A stretch of 39,058 bases of DNA from a virus (lineage: Duplodnaviria > Caudoviricetes). Positions 1 to 7,701 of this stretch are shown here, in pieces (the stretch's first letter is position 1; the number at the start of each line of letters is the position of its first letter). The position numbers and the translations under genes are program-made. Below the pieces are notes generated by a model. The model had not been told where the DNA came from. It saw nothing but the letters and a program-made list of their open reading frames with translations, and made no database searches. The stretch is taken from positions 1-39,058 of IMG/VR virus record IMGVR_UViG_3300030451_005863, one strand, 5' to 3'.

Positions 1-780
1 TTTCGCGATAAACATATTGGCAGCTAAATCAGTTTTCTTATCAACATCACCTACATAGAAATGTCTTTTAGTTTTTAAATTTAACGCAGGCGATTTTTCA
101 ATCATAGTCATAAGATCAAATTTACTAACTGGAATATTTTTGTCTTGCGCTACTTTTAAAAAACCACCAACTAGTTTTCCATCTTTATCAAACTTAGCTA
201 TATTTGTTTCTTCTAATTCTTCTCTTGTAACATTAGCTCTAATTTTTGTATTTGGAACTTTAAGTGAACCCATTCTTGCATCACTAGATAATTCATTTAT
301 CCAATTCTGTGCTTTTAAAGATTTGTTACTAGGATGTTTTGCAAAAAAATCAAAAGCAGCTGATCCAAATCTTGTAGACTTACCACCTACTGATAATGGA
401 TTCAAATCAACTCTTGCCTTTATCTGTCTACCAAGTTCATCAAATGTGCTAACAGTCTTTCTTTGAGCCATGGTTGCTTTAGCGGTATCCATTCTTGTAG
501 GAACAATCTCAAGCACCTCATCAACTTTATCCTTTATAGCTGGCACCGTGGGTCGTGATTCGGGATTCCTTGGTATTTTAGTACTGAATACACGCGCAAC
601 CCTCCCGAACCCAGGCGCACGATTAAGAAAATAAGCAGCAGCTCCACCGACTGCGCCTAAAGTAGCGAGTCCACCAATACCCGATGGATTATAATTAAAA
701 CCATCATCGTCCTTTGCAGGTACGGCAGTAGTAGGCTCTTCTGCTAAAACTTCTTCAATTGTTTTTGATATGTCTGACAT
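1..780 (-). CDS. Partial large virion-associated protein; N-terminal 260 aa, runs off the left edge
   Basis: My translation from ATG 778-780 (TAATG overlap with the upstream ORF) is open to position 1: MSDISKTIEEVLAEEPTTAVP...KAQNWINELSS...VTREELEETNIAKF. It is missing from the supplied ORF track, presumably because it lacks a stop. Confidence 0.75.
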   Translation of the reverse strand, partial: MSDISKTIEEVLAEEPTTAVPAKDDDGFNYNPSGIGGLATLGAVGGAAAYFLNRAPGFGRVARVFSTKIPRNPESRPTVPAIKDKVDEVLEIVPTRMDTAKATMAQRKTVSTFDELGRQIKARVDLNPLSVGGKSTRFGSAAFDFFAKHPSNKSLKAQNWINELSSDARMGSLKVPNTKIRANVTREELEETNIAKFDKDGKLVGGFLKVAQDKNIPVSKFDLMTMIEKSPALNLKTKRHFYVGDVDKKTDLAANMFIAK

Positions 781-1139
781 TAATCAATTAGATCTTTAAT
801 GTAGTCTGATCCTTTACCGATTGTAACTTCTCCACCTAGGTTAAAAACTTTATCAGCAGGTTTTTTACTTTGCGAAGTCCCTGTAATCGATGTTGTAGTA
901 TCGATTGTCATTGCTCTCGGTAAATCACTTTCTTTTTGAAATTGTGGTTTATTAATTTTATCACCACTTGGTTTTTTCATTTTTTTGAATTTTTTTGTAA
1001 TTTCCCTTACAGCATCCATATCAAGCTTTTTTTCATCAGCAAGCTTATAAGTATTTTTTGTACCTGGTTTTAGTATTGGTTTTTCATATTCAAATGAATC
1101 ATCCCTTTTTAATAAAGGTTTTGTGTAAGTTTCACTCAT
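780..1139 (-). CDS. Hypothetical protein, possibly virion-associated (C-terminal FNLGG motif)
   Basis: 119 aa ORF with AGGAG RBS directly downstream of terL. Confidence 0.7.
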   Translation of the reverse strand: MSETYTKPLLKRDDSFEYEKPILKPGTKNTYKLADEKKLDMDAVREITKKFKKMKKPSGDKINKPQFQKESDLPRAMTIDTTTSITGTSQSKKPADKVFNLGGEVTIGKGSDYIKDLID

Positions 1140-1147
1140 TACTTCTC

Positions 1148-2632
1148 CTAATAATATTTGTATTCTTTTGGACTTGGATAATCATACATATCCTCTTTCC
1201 AATCTGATAATAACTCAATAAAGTTCCCTTGTCTGTACCTTAGCATGGCTTGAGACATGCTATCTACGTAATCATCATGCGCTCCATGAGGAAATGATGC
1301 GCATTCTTCAATAACTTCTTGAGCCCAATGCTCCTGTTCAGGATACCAAACAGCTCCTGATTCAAACAACGGTGCAACAGAATTTACTCTTACAAATTTA
1401 TCTTTACCTTTTGTAGGCACAAAATCTACAACGGGTATACCCATACGTCTAAACTCTTGGGCTAATGGTTGTCCTGTTGCCTTAGCTTCAATGACCACGG
1501 TCTCAGGTTCCCAGTACTTGTATTGCTCTAATGCTATGGCTTTAAGTTCTGGAAAATCATATTTGCCTTTCATTGCATCTAATAAAATTACATTTGGTTC
1601 TTGTCCTTCTTTTGGAAAAAAAATACCCCATGTAGTAATCGCACTATAGTCTGCAGTTTCTTTTTTTGAAAAAGCTGTATCATAGGATTGGATTATTCCT
1701 TGTAAATTTGGAACATCCTTTTCTTTCCATGGCCTCCACCATTCTCTTTTGATAATAGCACCCTCTTCAGAAGTGGGCTCTTGCATATATTGAGCTGACC
1801 AGTTTCTTACAGGCAATGATGCTTTTACTTTTAACAATTCTTCTAGTTCCCAATACTCAGGCCATACAGGTTCTTCGTTTGGCATGATTGCGGGAAAAGA
1901 AATTTGTTTCCACTTATCTGCTTTAGGTTCTTTTTGAGCCTTAATTAATCTTCCAGTAAGATCATCTTCTGCCCAACGTGTCATAACCACGACTATTGTT
2001 CCACCAGGTTGTAAACGCTGTCTGGGTCCTGATACATACCAATCGAAAGATTTTTCCATAGCCGTATCTGACAAAGCATCTTGTTCAGTATGTGGATCAT
2101 CGATAATAAGTAAGTCCGCCCCTCGTCCTGTGATAGAACCGCCAACCCCCGCTGCATAATATTCTCCCCCATGATTAGTCTCCCAACGTCCTTTAGCCTT
2201 ACTATCTTCTCTTAGTTTAACATCTCCAAATATTTGTTTATAGTCTGCTGAGTCCATAAGATTACGAACCTTTGAACCGAACCTTGCTGATAATTCTGAG
2301 TTGTGGGATACCTGCATAATTTTTAATTTTGGAAACTTCCCTATCATCCAAGCAGGAAATAAATACGATGCAAATTCTGATTTAGTATGTCTAGGAGGCA
2401 TATTAATTATGAGCCTTCCTTTTCGTTCTTTAGAAATTTTTGTAAACTCAGCAGCTATTATCTGATGGTGCCCCCATTTCTTTGGGTCCTTATCCAATCT
2501 ACATACGAAGTCAGGCCAAACATTTTTTACAAAATATATAAAATTATCTTGGCACAATTTTATGTGCTCAATCCATCTTTTCTCTACAGCTACTCTTAGC
2601 TGTTCAGTTGTTAATAATTCTTTTTGCACCAT
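1148..2632 (-). CDS. terL: Terminase large subunit
   Basis: ATPase motifs INMPPRHTKS (Walker A), AAGVGGSITGRGADLLIIDD (Walker B) and VMTRW; nuclease motifs SYDTA and HDDYVDS. Confidence 0.95.
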   Translation of the reverse strand: MVQKELLTTEQLRVAVEKRWIEHIKLCQDNFIYFVKNVWPDFVCRLDKDPKKWGHHQIIAAEFTKISKERKGRLIINMPPRHTKSEFASYLFPAWMIGKFPKLKIMQVSHNSELSARFGSKVRNLMDSADYKQIFGDVKLREDSKAKGRWETNHGGEYYAAGVGGSITGRGADLLIIDDPHTEQDALSDTAMEKSFDWYVSGPRQRLQPGGTIVVVMTRWAEDDLTGRLIKAQKEPKADKWKQISFPAIMPNEEPVWPEYWELEELLKVKASLPVRNWSAQYMQEPTSEEGAIIKREWWRPWKEKDVPNLQGIIQSYDTAFSKKETADYSAITTWGIFFPKEGQEPNVILLDAMKGKYDFPELKAIALEQYKYWEPETVVIEAKATGQPLAQEFRRMGIPVVDFVPTKGKDKFVRVNSVAPLFESGAVWYPEQEHWAQEVIEECASFPHGAHDDYVDSMSQAMLRYRQGNFIELLSDWKEDMYDYPSPKEYKYY

Positions 2633-3072
2633 CTATATTTACTCTCACTATGAACTTTTTCTTGCCACTCCCTACCTGGTCTAGTTGTCCAACCTTTACC
2701 TTTTGCAAAAGGTCGAGTGACAGCTTCTTTTTCAAAGCCACAAGCGTTCAAACTAATACCTGACTCATTTTGTAGGGTATAAGTAATAATTTTTTTACCA
2801 CCCATAAGCTGCCATATGTTCCAAGCTTTTGCATACAAAAAACTATTAACATTTTTTGTTCCATCAGAACAGGTTCTTAGTACCTCTGCAGTATACCTAT
2901 TATCTAACTTTCTAGCTACAGGTCTACCAAGCACTAGGATTCCTACTAATTTATCATTCTTCAAAGCTCCTATACAAAATTTACAACCTCTTACCTTCTT
3001 ACTATGACGATGTAACTTAATTATGAAGTTGTTGGCCTCAGCCATTGAAATAGGGATACATTTCATTTTCAT
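2611..3072 (-). CDS. XF1762-family / Mom-like GNAT-fold protein, putative adenine modification enzyme
   Basis: Pattern PIS..EAN.FI..LHRH, LVG....GRPVAR.LD...AEV.R.C.DGT.N..SFLY, and IITYTL..ESG.SL.A.GF. Confidence 0.75.
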   Translation of the reverse strand: MKMKCIPISMAEANNFIIKLHRHSKKVRGCKFCIGALKNDKLVGILVLGRPVARKLDNRYTAEVLRTCSDGTKNVNSFLYAKAWNIWQLMGGKKIITYTLQNESGISLNACGFEKEAVTRPFAKGKGWTTRPGREWQEKVHSESKYRWCKKNY

Positions 3073-3263
3073 TTTGGGTCCCCTTTTGTATCATAATAAA
3101 ATAAACTCGACTACATGTATTAATCTTGTTCTCAAGGCGATCTCTAAGTTACATCAAAAGTTGTAGAACGTCGCAAGATATTGTGGTTAGTGGTTGTATG
3201 TCGTACTAGATATTGAGCCTTCTAACACGTTACCTTCAGGAACCAGCTGCAAACCAGTTGCTG

Positions 3264-3292
3264 CCAGGCAGCAGCATCTACCTGCTGCCTGG
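3264..3292. terminator. GC-rich hairpin at the end of the 3298-4190 operon
   Basis: CCAGGCAGCAG-catctac-CTGCTGCCTGG, an 11 bp perfect stem just after the stop at 3298. No clear U-tract. Confidence 0.6.
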
Positions 3293-3297
3293 AAATT

Positions 3298-3600
3298 TTA
3301 GATGTAAGGATTGTGTAAAGAATTAGTTTTTTTCGATGGTATTAATTTATTCCACGTTGGCTTGTATTTTTGTATCCAACGTCTTTCATACCATCTGATT
3401 TTATCGGGATCTTTTACTCGCAATATTTTAACAACACAATTCATTCTTTCAAAGTCGTAAGAACGCAATCTTTGATGAACATCCCAACGCGACATTCCAA
3501 TATAACGAATAATTTTACTCTCTTTACCAATGATAAAGTATATACCCCCGAAACATTCGGGGATATAACTAGGTTTAAGGTTGAATATTCTTTTACCCAT
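3298..3600 (-). CDS. Small GIY-YIG nuclease-domain protein
   Basis: GIYFI...RYIGMS, conserved R (QRLRSY), E (YERRWI) and terminal PTWN. Confidence 0.85.
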   Translation of the reverse strand: MGKRIFNLKPSYIPECFGGIYFIIGKESKIIRYIGMSRWDVHQRLRSYDFERMNCVVKILRVKDPDKIRWYERRWIQKYKPTWNKLIPSKKTNSLHNPYI

Positions 3601-3841
3601 TATTCAACTGTTCAAGTATCGGTCTTAAATTTCTAATAAGATTTTGTTTTAATTCTTTTACAATATCATCATTAGGATACTTAACTAAAATTTCCTCAAC
3701 AGCACTTTCTAACTGTTTATACATGAATTGATAATTCAATGCTGTTGTAGGATTGTCAGTTGGTTGATCTACTTGTTGAGCAGATTGCTCAACAAGTGTT
3801 GTATTAAGTATGTTAATTAAATCGTTATTAGGCATCAGCAC
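3593..3841 (-). CDS. Hypothetical protein
   Basis: 82 aa ORF overlapping both neighbours, with a GGGGTG RBS-like sequence. Confidence 0.7.
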   Translation of the reverse strand: MLMPNNDLINILNTTLVEQSAQQVDQPTDNPTTALNYQFMYKQLESAVEEILVKYPNDDIVKELKQNLIRNLRPILEQLNNG

Positions 3842-4190
3842 CCCCGATTTTTTCGTACTTAACTTTTATTTCAGTAGTTTCTTGTTCAACTAAAAATTCC
3901 TCATACAATTTTGGAAATTTTTCTTTGAACTTAGTTGTGTCAAATCTTTTCATCTTTCTTTGAATAAGTTGAGCAAAGCCCTCAAAGTCATTGCCCATAT
4001 CATTTAAGATAATAAGATTAGTTTTTAAGTCTTTGAAAGTTTGCACATATTCGGGTTTCATAAGACTTGTCTGTTTAGTGTATTCTGAAATAGTGGTTTT
4101 CAAAATACCATAGTTTAACAATGCAAGTTTTTGTTGTTGACTTGCTTTTTTAACTCTTATTTTTTTAAGAGTGTTTTTTTGCTTTGTCAT
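3828..4190 (-). CDS. Hypothetical protein (RFDTTKFKEKFPKLYEEF resembles the C-terminus of YqaJ-like phage proteins)
   Basis: 120 aa ORF with AAGGAG RBS; first gene after an operator-bearing promoter. Confidence 0.75.
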   Translation of the reverse strand: MTKQKNTLKKIRVKKASQQQKLALLNYGILKTTISEYTKQTSLMKPEYVQTFKDLKTNLIILNDMGNDFEGFAQLIQRKMKRFDTTKFKEKFPKLYEEFLVEQETTEIKVKYEKIGGADA

Positions 4191-4227
4191 AACTTTACTC
4201 CTTTTGTTTATGTTAAGTTATAACTAA

Positions 4228-4243
4228 TCTTATATAGATAAGA
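4228..4243. promoter_or_regulatory. Palindromic operator copy 1, TCTTAT-atag-ATAAGA
   Basis: Inverted repeat extending to AATCTTAT/ATAAGATT, upstream of the 4190 start and within a TTGTTT...TAAGAT minus-strand promoter candidate. Confidence 0.65.
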
Positions 4244-4448
4244 TTTTTAAAAACAACTCTTTTTTTCACTATTTCAAAAAAAAATTTCTTTCATAGAGCC
4301 ACGCACATTAACATTTTAAACTCTTTTGATACTAGGGGTCATGGCTTTTTTTATCTAAAAAGATTTTAAATTTTACCGCCGTGTAGCGAACTGGCGTCCT
4401 AATCTTTCTTTTTAAAATAATTAGAGAACGCAGAAACGAGAAACGAGA

Positions 4449-4472
4449 CGGCACGGGTTGAAGCCCGTGCCG
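4449..4472 (-). terminator. Probable intrinsic terminator of the 4513-5016 gene
   Basis: CGGCACGGG-ttgaag-CCCGTGCCG, a 9 bp stem followed on the minus strand by TCTCGTTTCTCGTTTCT. Confidence 0.65.
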
Positions 4473-4512
4473 ATTGAATAAATAACAAGCACAACATAAG
4501 TAGATTGCTATT

Positions 4513-5016
4513 TCAACAAATCCTAAATCCATTACTTTCCTCGCAGAACTCAATAAACTCATTTACATTCTCTAATGTAAAAGGGTATTCTGAAGCATAG
4601 TCGTACTTCGCTTGAATCCAACTCCATGTATCGTGATCGTCCTTTGGATAGTCACGTGGTGCGAGATTTTTTTCACCTGTTTCAGCTTCGACTTTCTTTC
4701 GTAACATTTCATGAAGTTTATTTACATGGCGATTATTTTCTTCGGCTTTCTTCATGTCCTCTTCACATTCTTTGATACCTTTCGCAACTGTTCCGTTGCT
4801 AATTAACGCTTTTAATTGATTTGCAATTTGCTTTGCTTGTTCTTGGCTTACCTCATGCCCACCATTAGACTGCCACAAAGGTTTATTTTTTTCTTCTATA
4901 ACCCCTGTATGTTCGCAGACAAATTCGGCGAGACGACGCCACCACCAAACGTTGTTTCTGAAATACTCACCTTTTTCTGTTTTATGATTTCCTAGACTAT
5001 ATAAATCAAAGCCCAT
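4513..5016 (-). CDS. Conserved-looking phage hypothetical protein, 167 aa (MGFDLY...YFRNNVWWWRRL)
   Basis: Start reassigned to ATG 5014-5016, which follows an AAGGAG RBS and its own promoter. The longer 5319 start reads through non-coding repeats. Confidence 0.85.
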   Translation of the reverse strand: MGFDLYSLGNHKTEKGEYFRNNVWWWRRLAEFVCEHTGVIEEKNKPLWQSNGGHEVSQEQAKQIANQLKALISNGTVAKGIKECEEDMKKAEENNRHVNKLHEMLRKKVEAETGEKNLAPRDYPKDDHDTWSWIQAKYDYASEYPFTLENVNEFIEFCEESNGFRIC

Positions 5017-5041
5017 GATTTTCTCCTTTTGTTTATGTTTA

Positions 5042-5076
5042 TCCCATGAATGTAAGACTTTATTTGGTAAAGTCAA
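5042..5076 (-). promoter_or_regulatory. Sigma70-like promoter with operator copy 2
   Basis: TTGACT-16 nt-TACATT; operator TCCCAT-gaat-GTAAGA at 5042-5057 overlaps the -10 region. Confidence 0.7.
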
Positions 5077-5234
5077 GCACAAAATTTTCACGATCCACGA
5101 AACCTTCAGGAAGAAAAACTGGGGCTCTGGCTCTGGGAGCTGGTCTCTACACATTTGAGTGTCATCAAACGAGGAACTACCAACGAGACCACGCCTCTTC
5201 CAGCAGGATCTGGTGCTGGTACTGGCCAGGTCTC

Positions 5235-5345
5235 TTACCATAAGCTTAGAGCTGCTAGGACCGAGAACGCAATAAACGAGGGAGCGCGACATGCGATGGC
5301 TGCCGAAACGGCAGCCCATCCAATGATCATAATCCCGACTAACAT
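5235..5345 (-). CDS. Putative 36 aa membrane micro-protein
   Basis: MLVGIMIIGWAAVSAAIACRAPSFIAFSVLAALSLW starts 1 nt after the stop of 5347-5703. It overlaps a hairpin and an AACGAG unit, so it is uncertain. Confidence 0.45.
   Translation of the reverse strand: MLVGIMIIGWAAVSAAIACRAPSFIAFSVLAALSLW
5298..5316. terminator. GC-rich hairpin downstream of the 5347-5703 gene
   Basis: GGCTGCCG-aaa-CGGCAGCC, 8 bp stem. Confidence 0.5.
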
Positions 5346-5346
5346 T

Positions 5347-5703
5347 TTACTTTCCCCATGTTATTCCCTCTACATCTGTCTTGAACTTAACGTGTTGACG
5401 CAACTGTAGCTTCGTAAGTATTTTAGGTACGTTGTCTAACAAACCTTCACCTTTGAGTCTGCTGCCCTTGGTAATCCTCACCCACATCTTCTCGGCATAA
5501 CCACGGTGCTTGAACCATACGTACACGTAATCCTGCATCGAAGGCCTCCTTTCCAGCGCTTTTATCTTGAAGTATGTTTCTTTGCCGTGGTGAGGGCACG
5601 AGAAAACAACATTGTCTTCTTCTATCTGTTTGGCTTCTTCTTCCATTTGTTTGGCTTCTTCAGAGTCTAACGGATCTCTCCAAATAAATTTATCTTTGGT
5701 CAT
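5347..5703 (-). CDS. DUF2314 (YegJ)-like domain protein
   Basis: C-terminal EKMWVRI....GEGLLDNVP...L.L...VKF; N-terminal EEAKQ duplication. Confidence 0.6.
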   Translation of the reverse strand: MTKDKFIWRDPLDSEEAKQMEEEAKQIEEDNVVFSCPHHGKETYFKIKALERRPSMQDYVYVWFKHRGYAEKMWVRITKGSRLKGEGLLDNVPKILTKLQLRQHVKFKTDVEGITWGK

Positions 5704-5780
5704 AGTATTACCCCCACGAGCTTCAGGATAACAATGATGCTAACGCAAAAGGTTAGCTCTACTAGTATACTTTTAGACAT
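5700..5780 (-). CDS. 26 aa single-pass membrane micro-protein
   Basis: MSKSILVELTFCVSIIVILKLVGVIL; AGGAG RBS; ATGA overlap with the next gene. Confidence 0.7.
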   Translation of the reverse strand: MSKSILVELTFCVSIIVILKLVGVIL

Positions 5781-5801
5781 TTCTTTCTCCTATGTTATGT
5801 G

Positions 5802-5837
5802 TCCCATGTACATAAGACTTCTATCTCCTGCTGTCAA
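5802..5837 (-). promoter_or_regulatory. Sigma70-like promoter with operator copy 3
   Basis: TTGACA-17 nt-TATGTA; operator TCCCAT-gtac-ATAAGA at 5802-5817. Confidence 0.7.
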
Positions 5838-6148
5838 GAACTTTTTTGAAATCTTTTCCAGCAGAGGTTCCTGACGCTGGTGCTGGGCCCATGGTCATTA
5901 CCTCTTTGTTCAGCGAATGGCGATGAACGAGAACGAGGACTGCGATACCATCACCTGCTTCCCAGCTCCTGGCTGCACCAGCCAGTACCCTATTTACCTG
6001 AGTGTTGTCAAACGAGAGTTCGCCAACGAGAACGTAGCTTTTCGTACCACGGTAATCCTTCGCGCTGCCAGCTCCCAGATCCTGGGCCCAGAGTCTGATG
6101 GTCTTTAGTGGCGTCAAACGAGGAAACGAGAAGCGAGGAACGAGGACT

Positions 6149-6532
6149 TCAGGAGGCAGCACCAGCTGCCTTCGCCAGCAGCCTCCAGATCCCTTGAGTT
6201 GTGGTGTCCGAGGACGTAGAAACGAGGTCAACGCAACGAGAATCACGGTTCACGGCCAGAATTTCTAAGGCTCTCTGCTTGAGGGGGGAGTTCAGAATAA
6301 ATACTTTACCACCTGCCCTTTGATATTTGATATGCCAATTAATTTGCCACTTTGAAAGACCTCTATTCTTGAGGTCATTTGCTTTAAGTTCAAGCCAAAA
6401 AACACTTTGATTCAATACACAATGAACATCTGGAATACCGTTAGTAGTATTGCTTTCAACCCTTGTAAAATGTGCATTTTTGTTTATCTTCTTGATACGA
6501 TTCCAAAGCTTTGTTTCACCTGATTGAGCCAT
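6149..6532 (-). CDS. PD-(D/E)XK nuclease, VRR-NUC / Holliday junction resolvase-like
   Basis: E..LW..IK, RVES...GIPDV, WLELK, LSKWQINWH and GGKVFIL motifs. Confidence 0.8.
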   Translation of the reverse strand: MAQSGETKLWNRIKKINKNAHFTRVESNTTNGIPDVHCVLNQSVFWLELKANDLKNRGLSKWQINWHIKYQRAGGKVFILNSPLKQRALEILAVNRDSRCVDLVSTSSDTTTQGIWRLLAKAAGAAS

Positions 6533-6544
6533 AATTAAAACATG

Positions 6545-6757
6545 TCAATAATTACAAATACAGCCATAAAAATCACCAGAACCATCTTTCATTACATGTG
6601 CATTGATTGGATAGTCATGATATTCTGTAAGATGAATTCTAAGTATATCGCATAAGTCATAACAGCTTACATCAGCTAAAATTTCCATACCTTGAGTCAT
6701 TTCCTTAGTTACTTCGACTAAATGATATAGACCATCAGATAATAATATAAGATCCAT
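6545..6757 (-). CDS. Hypothetical protein (Cys/His-containing)
   Basis: 70 aa ORF with TAATG coupling to the upstream gene. Confidence 0.7.
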   Translation of the reverse strand: MDLILLSDGLYHLVEVTKEMTQGMEILADVSCYDLCDILRIHLTEYHDYPINAHVMKDGSGDFYGCICNY

Positions 6758-7107
6758 TAAAATTTAATAATTTTAGTAATAACTGAATTTGGTATTATAG
6801 TCGTACCGCCAATAGTTTCTATAAAACCCTCATCACCTTCTTTACCGTCTTTGAGACCATAATCGCTAAAGATTCTAGTAATACCTTTAGATCTTGAGAC
6901 CAACCAACCTCTCGAAACCATTCTACCAAGACCTGACTTCATCAATTGATCAAAAGTTTGCCAACCTGTCTCCCCAACAATATCGAGCCAGTGTATTTCT
7001 ACAAAAGGATATCTTTCAATTTTTTCTTTATGGATTTTCAAATTTAAATCTAAAGTTTTTTTACGATTTAATTTTTTACTTTTCATTTTTGTTATTCGTT
7101 TCAACAT
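6757..7107 (-). CDS. Conserved-looking phage hypothetical protein (start may be 7086)
   Basis: VEIHWLDI..ETGW...SRGWL...GGTTIIP..VI..I pattern, typical of a small phage protein family. Confidence 0.75.
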   Translation of the reverse strand: MLKRITKMKSKKLNRKKTLDLNLKIHKEKIERYPFVEIHWLDIVGETGWQTFDQLMKSGLGRMVSRGWLVSRSKGITRIFSDYGLKDGKEGDEGFIETIGGTTIIPNSVITKIIKF

Positions 7108-7178
7108 TTACACTTCCTACATTTGTAACCAAAGTACTATTATGCACCTCATTAAAAACAGATAACCATTGAGACCAA

Positions 7179-7694
7179 CTATGTGTTTTCGATAGATTTT
7201 TCTGGCGTAACGTCAATGATATTCTTGGCTTCACCAATTTTTTCTTCGAGCTCATCTAACCTCTTTTCTAATTGTTCTCTTGATAATCCTTCCAAACCTA
7301 AATGTGTTACCTCTTTTCGATCAACAAAAAAACCAGCCATTTTGCCTTTTGCAACTTCAGCATTAATAGCCGCCGTAAACTGACCTTTATTTTCTGCGCC
7401 ATTACGTAATCTATCGTAGGTTTTATATGATCTTAATTTATCTTTTTCATAAATTGCTAATTCTTGAGCCATTCTTTTTTCTAAGTATCTACAAACATGA
7501 GGATTTATATCTGGGTTAGTTAATCTTGACGCTGTCTCAGTAGGGCCATATTTGTTTTTACTCGTGTATCCAGCCTCTTTTGCTGCATCTACTTTTGAGA
7601 TCTTGCCATAATTCTCAACGTAAATATCAATAAATCTTTTTTGTTTTGGGGTTAGATCCAATACAGTTCTTAAGGATTTTGATTTTTGTGGCAT
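7179..7694 (-). CDS. terS: Terminase small subunit
   Basis: LTPKQKRFID.Y...AAKEAGY...ASRL.NP HTH N-terminus typical of Terminase_2; C-terminal IIDVTPE. Confidence 0.85.
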   Translation of the reverse strand: MPQKSKSLRTVLDLTPKQKRFIDIYVENYGKISKVDAAKEAGYTSKNKYGPTETASRLTNPDINPHVCRYLEKRMAQELAIYEKDKLRSYKTYDRLRNGAENKGQFTAAINAEVAKGKMAGFFVDRKEVTHLGLEGLSREQLEKRLDELEEKIGEAKNIIDVTPEKSIENT

Positions 7695-7701
7695 GCTATA
7701 T

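Larger units (their letters stand above)
4426..6240 (+). repeat. Oriented AACGAG repeat clusters alternating with CCAG/CTGG-rich blocks
   Basis: 14 exact AACGAG by manual count, all on +: 4435, 4442, 5168, 5182, 5275, 5926, 5932, 6011, 6025, 6117, 6125, 6139, 6221, 6235. Confidence 0.85.

Noticed and set aside
140-466. 108 aa plus-strand ORF and similar antisense ORFs (for example 2387, 9625, 12215, 16590, 25517, 27611, 37487)
   Set aside because: They are shadows of well-supported minus-strand genes and show no recognisable protein motifs.
3073-3088. GGGTCCCC near-palindrome upstream of the Mom-like/terL operon as a genome-end signal
   Set aside because: Single short occurrence that is adequately explained as the RBS (AAGGGG) of the 3072 start.
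4332-4562. 76 aa minus-strand ORF
   Set aside because: It runs through the terminator hairpin and AACGAG repeats and overlaps the upstream gene; no independent support.
5017-5319. N-terminal 101 aa extension of the 268 aa ORF
   Set aside because: It crosses a promoter, an operator and repeat units; a strong RBS sits at the internal ATG 5016.
5627-5661. 14 bp direct repeat TGTTTGGCTTCTTC with 21 bp period
   Set aside because: A simple in-frame duplication encoding EEAKQ twice.
5925-6144. GAAC repeats as alphaproteobacterial LexA boxes or GGA repeats as a CsrB-like RNA
   Set aside because: Spacing does not fit GAAC-N7-GAAC, and the GGA motifs are not consistently in ANGGA hairpin loops.
5139-6166. 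GCTGGT(GC) as Chi sites
   Set aside because: No exact E. coli Chi GCTGGTGG; the motif occurs in both orientations and the host Chi is unknown.
5101-6240. Motif array as a CRISPR array or DGR template/variable repeat
   Set aside because: No constant 23-47 bp repeat with unique spacers, no cas operon, no reverse transcriptase and no adenine-specific repeat pair.
5821-6246. Overlapping ORFs 5821-6246 (-), 5880-6098 (+) and 5917-6108 (+)
   Set aside because: Open frames are expected in this GC-rich, stop-poor repeat region; no RBS or protein-like motifs.
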